Assembly (NCBI GenBank): GCA_963693365.1
Contig: CAVNZM010000004.1
Coordinates: forward strand, 3,462,047 to 3,526,046
DNA: 64,000 nt
Reading direction: 5' to 3'
Source of the DNA: Amoebidium appalachense
Lineage: Eukaryota > Protista > Ichthyosporea
Part shown: one piece after another, positions 13,258 to 46,848 of the stretch
Layout: every line of letters starts with the position of its first letter
Numbering within the stretch: position 1 is the stretch's first letter
Translations under genes and position numbers: made by a program
The notes under the pieces: generated by a model
Told to the model about the DNA's origin: nothing
What the model saw: the letters and a program-made list of their open reading frames with translations, nothing else
Database searches by the model: none

Positions 13258-13680
13258 CCCCCCCGGGGGCGCTCCCCCTGCACTCTGCTGCGCCCTGCCC
13301 CGTACGGTATTGCATGTGATTTTTTGTTTGTGTCCTTGCGTGCCACTTCGTGTGTGGCTTTCTGTGCCCTGACCTTCATGCTTTCTCCTGTGTGCCAAAT
13401 CCCTGCCTTGCGTTCAACCACCACCACCAGCCAACACACACACGCACTCGTAACATACACACACACACACACACGCACGCACACACGCACACACACACAC
13501 ACAAACGTCCCCACCGCCTTTGACTGACACGTGTGGGTGGTACAGCTGCCCGTGGGCGCATCAGCCTACCCCGTCTTGTGGATTTCAGCTGCCGGGTGGA
13601 CCTCAAGACCGTATCAAATGCATCGATACGGATGGCTGTGCCTGCTGTGGTCTGTACAATGATGGTATTGTCCTCCTCCC

Positions 13681-13722
<42 letters not shown>

Positions 13723-14153
13723 CGCCTTCTCCTCCTCTTCCTCCCCCCTCCCCCCTCTCCCTGCCCCTTGCCCCTTCTCCCCTTCTTCCTCATCCCCCTT
13801 TACTTTCCATTTCATTTTGTGCGTGAGAGTGCATATGCACCACCTGATGATACACACACACACGTGCACACACTGGCATTTTTAAGAAAGACTGAATCAA
13901 GCTTAAGTAGGAGTGGGTTAGTGTGTGTGGTAAGTCATCACACACATCAAGGAACCCAGTTGATGTCTTCTTTTGAACAGTCGAGTTGCAAGCAGCCTTC
14001 GATTGGGAGTGTCATAATTAGGACTACCCGTTTTCCCATTTTCATGATGTCGGTGTGTGCACATGTGCGCGTGTGGGTGGACGGGTGGACGGGTGGCCGT
14101 GTGTCTGCGCGTGAAAGTGTGTGTGTGTGCACGTGTGTGTGTGCCCGCGTGCG

Positions 14154-14188
<35 letters not shown>

Positions 14189-14390
14189 CTCTTTCGAAGT
14201 TGGTAGCACTTGGGCTAAATACATGCGGCAAACCCAGGTTGCAGAGGAAGGCGGCAGTCCAGATGCACATGTGGATGGGGAGGGTAGGCGGGCCGTGACG
14301 TTTGAGCTGCCGCCAGCCACACTGGATGCCGTGCTGGAAAGTCTGGGCAGAATAAGAGACCAATTGCAGGCCACAAGTCCACCGCAATAG
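8231..14390 (+). CDS. COMMD9: COMM domain-containing protein 9 (6 exons)
   Basis: Exons 8231-8305, 9398-9511, 9858-9920, 12612-12705, 13546-13664 and 14238-14390 are all GT-AG and phase-compatible. The peptides LFPKGFPPQLSQLLTNII..W, ISLPRLVDFSCRVDLKTVSNASIRMAVP and VTFELPPATLDAVLESLGRIRDQL match COMMD9 as I recall it (ISLPRLVDLDWRVDIKT..RMAVP; LDGLGRIRDQL). Confidence 0.93.
9268..9385 (+). repeat. Four-copy ~30-bp tandem repeat just upstream of the COMMD9 exon 2 acceptor
   Basis: The unit CATAACARATTCTCTGGTGYTRAY occurs four times. Confidence 0.85.
10186..12225 (+). ncRNA. Intronic array of six H/ACA-box snoRNA-like units (10186-10317, 10440-10572, 10905-11039, 11372-11504, 11780-11912, 12093-12225)
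   Basis: Each ~133-nt unit folds as hairpin (TGCCC..CAGCTG..CAGCTG..GGGCA), hinge ACACAGCCAAC, hairpin (CTGCCCC..CTCTG..YGGAG..GGGGCAG), then an ACA/ATA/AAA box. All are sense to COMMD9 intron 3 and the spacers are largely unrelated. The hinge is not a perfect ANANNA. Confidence 0.7.
12791..12930 (+). repeat. Diverged copy of the ArfGAP-intron repeat in COMMD9 intron 4
   Basis: TTGGGCCCTCCCTGAGGAT..TGCATACTTGA..TGTGTTCCGCATTCAA followed by poly-C is the reverse complement of 4637-4770, with substitutions and indels. Confidence 0.85.
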
Positions 14391-14483
14391 CGGGTAGGGT
14401 GATTGTGTGGGTGGGTGGATGGGTGGGTGTGGTGGTGCTTGGTTTTTTTTTTTTTTTTTTGGTTTTTTTTTTGGTTTTTTTGT

Positions 14484-14520
<37 letters not shown>

Positions 14521-15554
14521 TTTTATATGTGGGTGGATGTATGGGTATGGGATGGTATGAATGCATGACATGTTGGTATGAATGGAATTGTGCTAGAAGA
14601 AACTCTCTGTGGTGTTTCCCTGTAGGTTATGTTCCCTAACGAATGAATTGAAATATATGTAAGAGGATACATCGATGACTTGTCAATACAACACACGTCC
14701 CGAACACCGCCACACCGCGAATACACGACTCCTTCGAATAGACGGCTGCAGTTTTGCATAGATGAGAATGTGGCAGTGTATGTCAGACAGATTCGAGCCG
14801 AAATGAACGTACAGCCAGACAAGACGCTATCATGTAAATATGGATATAACCAGCAGGCCAAAAACAATAGCCGATATCGAAGAAATTTGAGTCTATTTAT
14901 GAGATGATTAGTTTTATCTACGTATACGTAGAGCTGGCAATGTAGCGGTGTAATCATGCTATATCTACCCCATACACAAATAAATAATCCCTGTGTGGGC
15001 CCTTGTTCGAAATCAACGATGTTTTTTAAAATTGTGCTCTGTCTACCTGCATCCATATCCCCCCCCCCCCCCCCCCCCCCCCCTACAGCTTCTCATGATC
15101 AGCGGCAATGGAGTCAATAGCCAATTGCAACCCCCAAATCCACCGATATACCGGGTCTATATTACACCTGCATATTACACCTGCGCACATGCATGGAAAA
15201 GAATGTGTACCTGAGTCCATAGTAAGGCTTTCCTTAGAGCTGCAAATCTAATTGAATGACGTTCTCGCAACTAAATTATGTAGTGAAGCATACAGTGTAC
15301 AACATGTTTTAGGCCATGGCTGTGCCCCGGACCCAGTTTTGCGTTCACTGTTATCTACCAATAAATATGACCATAACGAACCTTTTTTGTTCAATTAAAT
15401 GCGTATCCAATCCAGTTTGTTATTTTGTAGCCATATTTGAAATTCTCTGTGAACTCTTGCCGGCACTAGCTGGAAAAAACCGTTGGGGCAACGGAGCACT
15501 ACATAACTGCAAGAGCACTTTCAGAAGTCAGAGTCCACCATACTTCAAAAGTGA

Positions 15555-19304
<3,750 letters not shown>

Positions 19305-20432
19305 GCAATATAACCTTCTATGGGCACTTAGATCTGCTTATGGTTGGCTGTGTGCATGTGTACTAGTATACTATGCTGAATACCTAGCCTGGGGCGGGTG
19401 CAAGCATCGGTTTCTTCAAATGTGCTTCAAATTCTTGTATGTATGGTAACTAAAAGCACACCCAAGCAGTTATTTTAAATGCATGTGGGCTAGGTGGGAA
19501 ATAAAATTAACCTGCTACATGCCAACAGAAACACACCATACATGGTTGTTGTGGAAGCTGGTCTCTTGCGAACGTCGCCATGGCCATCAATACTATATCA
19601 ACTGTATCGATGACGAAGCAACTCAAGAATATTGTTATCACTCCAGTATAGTAATTACCCTGAACCCCCTTGCAAGCCCAGAGTCGGCTCAGAAAATGCT
19701 GTTCAAATTTGATGTTTGGTGTCGATAGATAACCTGGACCAAGAACCCTGATCATGTTAAAAAAAATCGTTGCCTTTATTATTCCTTAGGTCCGTACCCT
19801 AGCTACAACCAAGTATGTGCAGATCCACATGCCACATTTTCTCATCACGAGCACCTAGAGCCGGCCTATCATGAATGATCATGATATCAACACCGGTACC
19901 CCATAGCCATGTGTCCCGTGACTGCCCCCCCCCCCCCCCCCCCCATGCACACAGACACATGCGCGCGCACACACACACACACACACACAAAAGAAGAATT
20001 TTTTTTAAAAAAAAATATTAGATACACATCACACCCGCATTCCACCCCACTCCCGTCCCAGGCGCACCGGTCAATACGTCACTCCATGGCCAATCTGAGT
20101 CCTGCATGCGGAAACCTAAACCCCTGTCATACATCTCATGCGTCACAGAATCTCTCAGTTGCGTAACGAATTGGGAGCTCGGACTTAGTTATAGTGAGGG
20201 CCTACGTACTAGGAGGAGGATGAAAGACATAAAACACGTGCACAGGTGTACGTGTCCCGTGTGTTTGTGGACGGGAGGATGGGTGAGGTGGGTGTGGGGG
20301 AGAGGGGGGGAGGGGAGGCAAATCTTTTTCACATGACCAGACAATATCGTCATTTGAAACTTGGGTCGGTGGGTGGGTGGGTGGGTGGTGGTGTGGTGGT
20401 GGTGGTGGTGGTGGTGGTGGTGTGTGTGTGTG

Positions 20433-20468
<36 letters not shown>

Positions 20469-20765
20469 GGGGGGGGGGGGGGGTTGGTGCTCAGTATGTC
20501 ACAACCTTTGATTTGGCAGCAGCAGCGGCACCACAGGCGCATTGCTTCAATAATCCCAACCATCACAGCCACTGGCTGAGCACATTCAAAAAGGACTGTT
20601 TATTTGTATATATGCTGGCATGTTATCACAAGCTTCAACAGCAGAGATACACATACACACACACATCAATCAACTTTCTTTCATTCTTTCATCATCGCCT
20701 CTAAAAAAAAGAAAAATGTGTATATACATGCATCCCTTACATACAGTATGGATACACACCTCTCA

Positions 20766-24586
<3,821 letters not shown>

Positions 24587-24619
24587 GGTGTTGGTTGCCA
24601 AGAAGATTAGATATGAGAA

Positions 24620-24770
24620 AGGGGGTTTGTAATGACTTGAGAAGAATTGAGGAGGGGAAGGAATGAGGAACTTCGAGGGGTTTGTAAATGACTTAAAGAG
24701 AAATGAGGAAGGGAATTTGTAATTAACTTGAGGAGAAATGAGCAGAGGGTTTTGTAAAAGACCTAAAGGG
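24620..24770. repeat. Degenerate ~35-bp tandem repeat upstream of the NAT start
   Basis: A unit like GGGTTTGTAAATGACTTGAGAAGAAATGAG occurs about four times. Confidence 0.6.
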
Positions 24771-26280
24771 TGTGTATTACCCTAACAAACTAAACCATGA
24801 TGGTGTAAGCCTGACGCGGTACGTACGGGGTGTTTTTGCGGACGTTCCGAACACAAGCGCCCAGCCCCTGTTGACGTCAGGATAGCTCGTCAGGCTACGT
24901 CCAATAGGAATGCCTAAGCAATGTCCTTTTGCATACCTTAATAGTCCACTCAAACTCCAAAAGGGGGCGTGTTCTCAATTTCAGAACTTCTTACACACTT
25001 TTTTTAAATTTCGGTTTCAAATCAATATTTGAGTTTACGTCTAAAGTTCGTGACTTTCTTCCTTCATTCTTCTCATCTAGGTAGTGAGTGTCTGTGCTCA
25101 AGGCTATTTTTTAATATCATTAAATATCGAAATAAAATAGACTCTTTTAAAAGAGTCTAGTCCGTCAAAAGTTTAAAACATAAAAGTGCATTAAAGACAC
25201 CCCTAGCCGAGCCTCTGAGGTGTGGCGGATGCAGCTTGTAGCCAATAGAAAGGGATTGCCATGTAAACAAACATGCATCTGACAACGGTTTGCACAGAGG
25301 GCCTCTCAGCACGCCGTATCACGTCTGTTTTATGGCCAACACGCGCCAAGTAAAGCAGTAGAGTAGTGTGCGTGTCTAAGTGTGTGTATGACAAAATTAC
25401 ATGGGCTCGAATGTTGTGCAAAAGAAAGAAGGCTTCGATCAACTGCACCCGCTCGCACAGTAGTCCTAGCTAGCTAGCATAAATAGGCCAGATGGGCCTG
25501 CATGCGCTGACTCTCGATCTGTTGCGTGCATTATTATATGTTTGTGTGTGCGTGTCTGTGGTGTGTGTGCTTGTGTGTGTTTCAGTGTGCGTGTACACAT
25601 GTATGTATTATCATACGCACATGATGTGCCTGTGAGTCTTTGTGTGCGTGCGTGCACTGCGTGCGTGTGCCACGGTTTGTACGGTGTGTGTGTGTGTTTG
25701 TACGTGTTTGCGTGCATGTGTATGTGTCCTTGCGTGTGTGCATGTATGTGTGCATACACGTGTGAGTGCGCGCGCGCGTGTACACATGTGTCTTGCATGT
25801 GTGTGCGGGCGTGCATGGGTGTGTGTGAACATTAATGCAATGTGTGCGTGCGTGTGTGTGCATGTAACACGGTGTGTGCTCTAAAACTGTTGCGCCTGTG
25901 TAAGTAAGCCCTCTGTGTGTAGGCGTGTGCACGGGGTGGTTATTAGGTGTGTGTGTGTGTGTGAACTCCCGGCTCCCGGCCGCGCCACCGCGGGCATGTG
26001 TGTGCGGGTGCGCACTGTTAACGTTCTAGTAGGTATATATGTGCAGATCTCACTCTCTCAGAGTCTGTGTGTGTTCACGTGCAGTAACACATTTGCCTGG
26101 CCTCACAAAAACACACAACCTTTGATACACATAGCCCCATGGAATGGGTTTATTGGTATCATTACCTACTTTACCAGAATTGTCATGGGATGTGGCCATG
26201 GCCGGAGGTTGGTACTGTATGAAATGCCGACATACTTGCAATAAAATTGCAGTGAACGTGACGGAACGCGTTGTGCGTGC

Positions 26281-26325
<45 letters not shown>

Positions 26326-27586
26326 GGGGGGGGGAGGGGGGGGAGGGGGGGGGGGAGGGGGGGGGAGGGGGGGTTGTGCGTGCATGTGTGTGTGTATGTG
26401 TGTGTGCGTGTTTGTACGTGTGTGTGTGTGCGCGTGTGTTCGTGTACACGTGCGAGTGTGCGCGTGTGCATGTGTGCGTGTGTGCGTGTGTGCGTGTGTG
26501 CGTGTGTGCGTGTGTGCGTGTGTGCGTGTGTGCGTGTGTGTGTGTGTGTGCGTGTGCGTGAGCGTGTGTGTGTGTGCGTGTGTGTGCGTGTGTGTGTGGT
26601 GTTTTTGTGCGGCAGCGGCACGTGGGGCGCCGGGGGCCGGACGGGACTTCCTGCAGCCCGGCAGCAGATTGAGGTGTGACGTCACAAGCCGGCTAAAGCA
26701 TTCATGACCTAAAATGCATAGCACTCTTTGATTCGAGAAATCTTGCCGCGTTAATCAAATGAGCCATAAACTATTGGTTGAGAGATCTCAGCAGATGATG
26801 ATTAGAGAAAAATCAGCCTAACGTATGTTGCGTTACCAAATAAGACTGATGCCATGCGATAAGCACTGAGCCTGTGTTGTGTTGAAGCGCGGGTGGAAAC
26901 TTGAAACAGAGGGAGACTGCGCTGCTGTGTGTGGGGCTGTGTGTGGACGGGGTGTCCGAGCAAAACTGGAGAGTTTTTAATTGGTAGGTGTAAAGCCTTG
27001 AAACAGTGTGGTCTGGAGAGTGGTCTGGAGACTTCCTGCCTTTTTCCCGCGTTTACTTCTGTCACTGAAAGGGGTGGGGTAGGTGGGCATCGATTCTCGA
27101 CAGGGACAGCAAAGGTGGATTACACACGCACACCTATGAAGGACCTTTTGATAGTGGTTTATCACTTATTTTTCGCCTTTACTCAACCGTATCAAGTTCT
27201 CCTCTCTATGACATTTGCTGCTTCTTACAGAGGTACATCCACATTGTTTAAAGATCTCACAACACTCGAGCTTGAAACTAGTTTTCTAGCACGCTTCTTC
27301 CACGTTAACTGGATCTCCTTCCAGACTGCTGCGAACTTCTTGTTTTGCACGCTGGCTAACAGTCAGTTACACGCCAAGCTACAGTGGGTTGCACATTTCT
27401 CTCTCGCCCGATGACACTCTATAAGACACATAGCAGGTACATCTAAGTAGCCTCCTTTCGTAAACCCATCTCTTAGAATGGTCAGGTTGTAAGTTTCTTA
27501 AACTCTACACTACCTACTCTTGGTCTCTTTTAACCCATTGCTACACTGGATGGGCGGCAGGTGTTTGGAATAGCTATAAGGGCACG

Positions 27587-39674
<12,088 letters not shown>

Positions 39675-40807
39675 CCCCCCCCCTCCCCCCCCCTCCAAAA
39701 CCACCACCACCACCACCACCACCACAACCAACACCACTACCAGACACACACAGACACACACCCACACCCACATACACGCACGCACGCACGCATGCACGCA
39801 CGCATGCACATGCAGGCACACACGTGCGCACATAAACACACGCACACACGCACATCCCCCCCCTTTCCCCCCCCCCCCCCCCCCTTCCCCCCCTCCCCCG
39901 TTCTCAAAAAACCTATCTCCCTCCAGCCCTTCATACTTTCACATATGACATTCCCGAAGATGAGGAGCAGCATATATGTATTAAGAAGCCAAATATGAAG
40001 CAAAAAGACGCTGAAGAAAACGCCAAACATATGCGTCTTCTAAGGCTTTCTAACCAAAACCTCTCTCCCTCTCTTTTTATCTCTCTCGTTCCATGCCTCC
40101 CCCCCCCCCCCCCCCCTCCCCCCCCTCCACGGCATGCACAAAACCACGAGCGTGCACACTCACACTCACAACACACCTGCACAACACAGACACGCACACA
40201 CGCACGCACACACACACACGCGCGCGCGCGCGCACACACACACACGCACACGCACACGCACACGCACACGCACACAGTGAGTGTGGCCCCATAGTATCCG
40301 GTGTTCCAGCCGAGCGTAAGCGCCGTGCCAAGACCCTCTCCGGAACCTTTTCCATTGACATAACTGCTCTGGTCAGGCCCACACAAAATATGAACATACT
40401 CTAAAGATCCCCCCACCCCCTTGTTTTTATCAGCACCACCACCACCACCAAGCTGTGTACCGTGTGCGCCATATAGCCACCAGCAATCTACCCTACCAGC
40501 CACATACACTCGCTGCCTTCCCCTAGTTCCTTTTTTTTTTCCCCTTTTTTTTTTGTTAACGCTTTTAGGCGTTACCTTTGTATGGTCCGATCAAAGGGTA
40601 TGTTCAGTAACAGCAAGCAGTCTGTTCGTGCCTACACGTGACCGTGTTTGTCGTATGTATTTTCACTGCAAATTGGTTCTTGTAAGCTTCTGCTGAGGCA
40701 ATGTGTCTAATGATTTTGGTTTGACTGATGTAATTCCACAAGAGAGCGATGTTGCAAGGAAGAAAGTGTTTAGTGAACGAGAGGCAGTCGAATGGTGATG
40801 AGAGGCA

Positions 40808-40843
<36 letters not shown>

Positions 40844-43113
40844 AGTTTTATTTCGATCGGGGCATCAGACAGGGCTAAGAATGGATCTCTGATGTGCTGA
40901 GTGATACTAGTCGTGTGTCATCTCTATTTCTTTTCGCTTGTTATAGTTTATGGTCGCATAAGAAATATTTGGTGGTTTATTTTCTCTTTTATTCCTGGTT
41001 ATTTTCGTGTTTCATATCTCTTTTTCCTCTCGTTATAGTTTGTTCTCCGACAAGAGCGAACTTGCGCCCCTTTTTTTTATTTAGTGGTTCAGTCAGCATG
41101 ATTTATTTTTGCGTGTTGATGATTGTAGAGGGTCAAAGCTGTGTTGGCGAGATAATAGGAAATAGTGAAGTTAAATAGGGTGTCCCAGAAAGACCCTCTA
41201 TAGTTGGCTATTGATGAAGGGGGAAAAAAGAAAAAAGAAAACAAACAAGAAAAAAAATCGACCAATTGAAAGCTCACCATCCCACAATAATAGCCTAATA
41301 TGGTAATATGGCATTTTTGCGGGAAGTTTTTGAAAGCAAAAGTGAGTTTCTGAAAGACATGATGTCTTGGCTTGGTAGAGATACCCGGTTGTGTTTTGCT
41401 GCCATAGGTGTCTCGGTACGTACGCGGGTTTGCAATGTTGACTGTGTGCGTGCGTGTTTTATGTTGTGATGAATCGAGCCACTGATTTAAAACTTTAAAA
41501 ATAAAAATAAAAAATTAATTTTTTCTGGCGCTCCACGTGATTGAAGGCTGCTGTTCGTCCCCCCCCCCCCCCCCCCCCCCCCCCCTCCCCCCCCTCCCCC
41601 CCCAGGCTTCAACCCTTGTCCCTTTAGTATTGCTAATTATGGGCAAAGAAAGGAAAACGAAGGTTGGAAGGGAAAGGTGGGTGGGTGGGTGGGTGGGTGG
41701 GGGGGGGGGGGGGGAGGGGGGGAGGGGGGTGATGCAGAAAACACACACACATAGACACATGCCCCGGTGCACGCGCACATGCATGCAGGCACACACACAC
41801 ATTCACAGGCCACTCTCTCTCCTTTCTTCTCTCCCTCCGTCCCCCGTGCCTCCCACCCTCCCTCTAGACCTGTCTCTGCCCCCTCCCCCTCCCCCTCCCC
41901 CCCCCCCCCCCCCCCCCTTTTTCCTGCCCCCCCCCCCCCCTCCCCCCCCCCCCCCCCCCCCCGGCCCCCCCCAGTCATGCCTCCCGTTTCTCAACAGCCC
42001 CTTGATTTCTCTTCCCCTGATCTGAGCTCTCCCTCTGCATCTGCAACCGGTTGCAAAAGATTAAGTCCTGCTTCTTCGGTGCACAATCGTTCCGATGTGT
42101 TCACATACATTCACGTACAATCACTCCTCCCTCCCCTTCCCCCCCCTTCCTCCCCCCCCCCCCCCCCCCCCTCCCCCTCCTTGCCCAGCCAGCCCTCGCG
42201 ATGGCGCTGCCTGAAGTTGAACACACCATGGCACAGACACGTACTAGCAGGTGCATAGTGTCACGAACAAGTATACGAGGCACGCGCACTCGAACACACA
42301 CGTGTATATCTGCGTGCGATATATCATTTCTAAAGGTCCTATGGCTCGGCTCGCGAGCACCGCCGTACCAAAATGAACGACGCCACATGCACTCATATCC
42401 ACCCCAGTTCTTGCTCACACACACACATACAAACACACACACAAAGGCACCTGAGGGCTCTGGTCTAAGAGGTAGAGAAAGGGAGGGGAGAGGAACAAGC
42501 GGAGAGAAAGGGAGCCCGGAGGAGAAGACAGTGATAGGGAGATAGAGAGACATCCCCAACTTCTCTCCCTCCCTCCCCTCCTCCCCCTCCCCACTTCCCC
42601 AAACACACACGCACACACCGTTACATAAATGCAGCATGAAAATAGGCAATGCACTTGACACACACACACACAAAAGAAATGCCCCACATATACACAGCAG
42701 ACCATGCACAAATTCAATGTAGCCACGAGGCGCCAACATATGTGCATGCTATACTGTAGCTTTGCCTACTGTAACACACACACACCCACGGACGCACACA
42801 AACACACTAAGACACACTAAAACACAACTCAAAAAAACAAAAGACACATGCACCTAGTCTAAAACATCTAATCAATTGATCCACACACATTCAATTTGCC
42901 GACAGTTGCATGCATATGCATTCTGCTTGAGAGGCATGAAGCACAACTGATAATGAACTCCATTCGAGGTGTGAGGAGGTCGGTGGGGGGACAGGGGGGA
43001 AGAGGTGTTGGATCTGTGAGGAAGTCGGTGGGGGGACAGGGGGGGGAGAGGGGTTGCATCTGCCTAAATACGGGGGCTTGATGTAGTTCAGAGGTCTTAC
43101 GGTAACAACCACC

Positions 43114-43151
<38 letters not shown>

Positions 43152-43578
43152 TTCTTCTTTTCCCGTTTTTGTGGTGGGGAGGGATGGTGATGATGGGGGG
43201 GATGGTGATGGTGGTTGGGTGGTGGTGGTGGTGCTGTGTGTATGTACGTTGAACTTGTGAACCCCCCCCCCCCCTTTTTCTTTTTATTGGGGGGGGGGGA
43301 GGGGGGGGGAGGAGGTTTCAGTATTGCATTCAATGAAGTGGGCCCATCACTGGGGAAGGCACATTTCACAACTCAGTTGAGACAGCACTAATATCACTTG
43401 GGTCCGACGGCGGGTGGGTGAGTGAGTAGTGGGACCTGGAGTGTGTGTGTGTGCGTGCGCACATGTGCGTGTGCGTGTGCGCTTGAGCGTATATATGTGC
43501 GTGTGCGTGCCCGGGTGCGCATGCCTGTGTGCATGTGTATGTATGTGTGTGTGTGTGTCCGTGTGCATGTGCGTATGC

Positions 43579-43637
<59 letters not shown>

Positions 43638-43908
43638 ACAGTGTGTGTGTGGGGGGGTGTGTGGGTGGGTGGGTGGGTGCGTGCGTGTGTGTGTGTATGC
43701 GTATGCGCACACGTACACACACCTGTGTACGCACACGTACACACACCTGCGTACGTGTGTGTGTGCTTGTGCGGGCCAGTGTGTGTGTGCGCGTGTGCGT
43801 GTCACACAGTGTACATGTGTGTATGTTTTTGTGTAAAGATTTGTGTATTGGGCAGTATTTAGCGGTAAGAGAGTGTGTGTGCGTGTGCATGTTTTTTTTT
43901 TTTTTTTT

Positions 43909-43957
<49 letters not shown>

Positions 43958-44647
43958 GGAGGAGGGGAGAAGCCGGATAGCATTGTGGTGGCCATCAGCC
44001 CAGCAGAGGGTTTCCGGAATTGAAATTGCCCATTTAGCGTTAAGTTTTATTGATGTTTGGCATCAGACTTGATTGTCTTATAGGCTGTTCAAGCAATTAT
44101 CAATGTCATCATGAGAGAACTCTAGGGGGGAAGAAGGGGGGAAGCCGTGTTTGGGTATGTACAGAAAACTTGAATAGAAGGTGTTCTGACATAGCGCTTA
44201 TCGATTGATTTTTGTTAACCCAATCTGTATGCAGCTATTGTAGTAAAACATTGACATTTTTGTGGGTTTGGGAGGCAGAAATGAAAGTATTTTGATATAT
44301 TACAAGTAGAGATTTGGTTTTCTGAGAGTCTGTTATGTAGACCCGTGGGCTGTTTGTAAGAAACTCGTCGGAACCTTTCAACTGCACAAGTAATTTACAT
44401 TTTTGCTTGTGTATATATAAGTTGATAGACCCACTACAGTACTGGCAAATAAGGTAAACCCTACATATGCACCGCAATAAGGACCAGCACAATATCATAT
44501 GCATGTACTTATATTTATCACGTGGTCACTTTTTCCTTTTTTCCACATTCATGTATTCCTCAGGCCCATAAATGCGGGCAAGTCTGCTAAGGGAATCGCC
44601 TGCGCTCATTCCTCCTCGCACGAAATCGGTCCCCCCTCGAAATCCGA

Positions 44648-45331
44648 TCAAAAGGCACCCTTTTGCATAACCTCTCCACAATGACCTCGTATTCTCTCCC
44701 ATGCATCACCCTCTTTACACGTGTGGACTATATATAGGGCAACATATGTTCTTTTGCAATCCATTTCAAGCGCCTGGCAGATGAAACATGAACCAACCGG
44801 CCGTGGGAGATGGCCCGAGACACCACCGCCAAACCTACAGAGGGGTCTCTTATTATGTGTGGTTGTAAATCGGCACATATGGCACGAAAAACCCCCTCGT
44901 GCTCTGGGTTTGCAAATATAAAAACCCCCCTGCGCATACATCGATATCACCGCGTTCTGGAAGCATAGTGGCCTGTTCACCGATACGTCATAGTTGTCTC
45001 TCGATGCCAGCCCGGCCAGCACATCTTTAATCTCCCTCCCAATGTTCAACTCTGGGTGCTTCTGTCCGGGAAGTGGTTGTGCAAATCCGTGTTTTCCGAA
45101 TTTCCGTGTGGGGTTTTGGAGAAGTAACTACTGTACGTCCAAGATGCAGAGCTGTGGAATGCTTGCAAGCGCTGGGAGGACATTGGAAGTGCATGTGTCA
45201 ACATGTTTCGATTTGAAGACGCCCTGGAAAGGAAACAATGCATCCTCGCTCGAAGCCCTTACCCGGATAACTCCATGAGAAGGCACCGTGTGTGGCGCAG
45301 GTGTAAGTATAGCTAACTCACATGTCAGCAC
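44648..45331 (-). pseudogene. Possible decayed coding fragment of unknown origin
   Basis: Two track ORFs (45128-45331 and 44648-45049) share one frame, with a single TAG at 45128-45130. The sequence is high-complexity and free of microsatellites. I recognise no family. Confidence 0.3.
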
Positions 45332-45332
45332 T

Positions 45333-46580
45333 TACCCTGTCAACCTTTAACTCTGCCTAAGCCGTGACCATATCATAGTAGCACTCGAATCACCACAAAC
45401 CTCTAGCATGTGAGGCCCCCACCCTCACCCTCTCTGCCTCACTTTCCCCAAGCCCTATTACTTGCTCATGGAAAAGCATACTGCTTTACGAGCCCCTGTG
45501 ACAAATATTGATCGGCAGGTGAATCTAGGTGCGAGTGCACCGTTAAGTCTTGAGAGTAGTTCTAACTGGGAAAGGGGGAGGGGGTGGGGGTGGGGGGGGG
45601 GGGGGGGGGGGGGGGGGACAGGGAGGTGGGGGGGGGGGGGAGGGGGGGGGGGAAGGTGGAGGGAGAAGGGGGAGGAGGGGGGAATGGGGTAGGGACAGGT
45701 AGTTAGTGGTGCCCCCCCCTCCCCCCACCCCCTCCCCCGCCCCTTCTGTTTAAGGGGTGGGCCACGTTCCGACGGGCTCAGAGATACTTTCCAGGGGAGG
45801 GAAAGGTTGGAGTCAAGATCGTACAGTGGGAAAAAATAAACATGTCATATGACTTACACGCTGAATTATTGTTCCTGCAACACACTACCAGCATGCAACA
45901 AGAACCTTATGACGTTCCCTCAAAATTCCCGCGTACAGGATTTTTAGTCGAGTTGTTTTTGTGGAACCACAGAGTCCCTCCCCCCCCCCCTCCCCCCCCC
46001 AAAAAAAAATAATAAAAATAAAATAAAAAATAAAGAATAAAATGCATCCACTTAACCGGTACCCCCCCGCCTCTACATTGAAAGGAACGGCAGTCTTGAG
46101 GCCACACACACCTACCTACACACACACACACATGCAAGTGAAAGGATTGAGAACTCGCGCGTGGGCACTTTTATTTTTTATTTTTCTTTCTTTTATTTTT
46201 ATTTTATCCCGTCTTGTTCCCCGAGACACCCCCCAGGGGCTCTTAAAGAAAGTACCGTCTTCCACACATCACCGGCTGTATCCTTGTTTGAGTCGCCGTG
46301 CTAAATTGAAAGGTGCACATGTAGGAGCCCACCCTGTCCATTTTTCGCTCTGTCTATGCACCATATCATTGTTAGCAATAGATTCACCACAAAATCTTCA
46401 GCATACAAGCATATGAGCCCTCCATCCCCACCCTCCCTACCTCACTCTGCCCAAGCACAAATACTTGCACACGTAAAAACATATCGTTTTACGAGTTCCT
46501 GCGGCAGATATTATTAGGCAGGTGAATCTATGTGTGATAGCTCCGGCAAGTCTTAAATGTGTTCTAGCTTTCTTTAGGGG
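45333..46580. repeat. Old ~250-bp direct repeat pair (~45333-45575 and ~46330-46575)
   Basis: Collinear shared blocks: ACCCTGTC, CCATATCAT, TCACCACAAA, CCTCACT..CCCAAGC, TTTACGAG, GGCAGGTGAATCTA, AAGTCTT..GTTCTA. Confidence 0.75.
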
Positions 46581-46817
46581 GTGAGGGAGAGGGGGGGGGG
46601 GGAGGGGAATGAGGAGGGGGATGGGGGTGGCCGTCGGTGGGTGGGGGGGGGGAGGGGGGCACGGTGTGTCATTAAATTGTTCAGGTCTTGCATAATGACC
46701 TTTGGTGATATGCGCAGATGACATGAAAACCGCGATGTCTTAGAGAGGGTACAGCGATCATGTCGCACAGCAAACAATACAGGTGGGCATGGGGTAACCG
46801 TTGCTGTTTGCTTACCC

Positions 46818-46848
<31 letters not shown>

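Noticed and set aside
24765-25205. Possible Tc1/mariner-like MITE (TA-AAGGGTGT ... ACACCCC-TA) and a 22-bp palindrome at 25138
   Set aside because: The TIR match is too short and no second full copy is present in the window.
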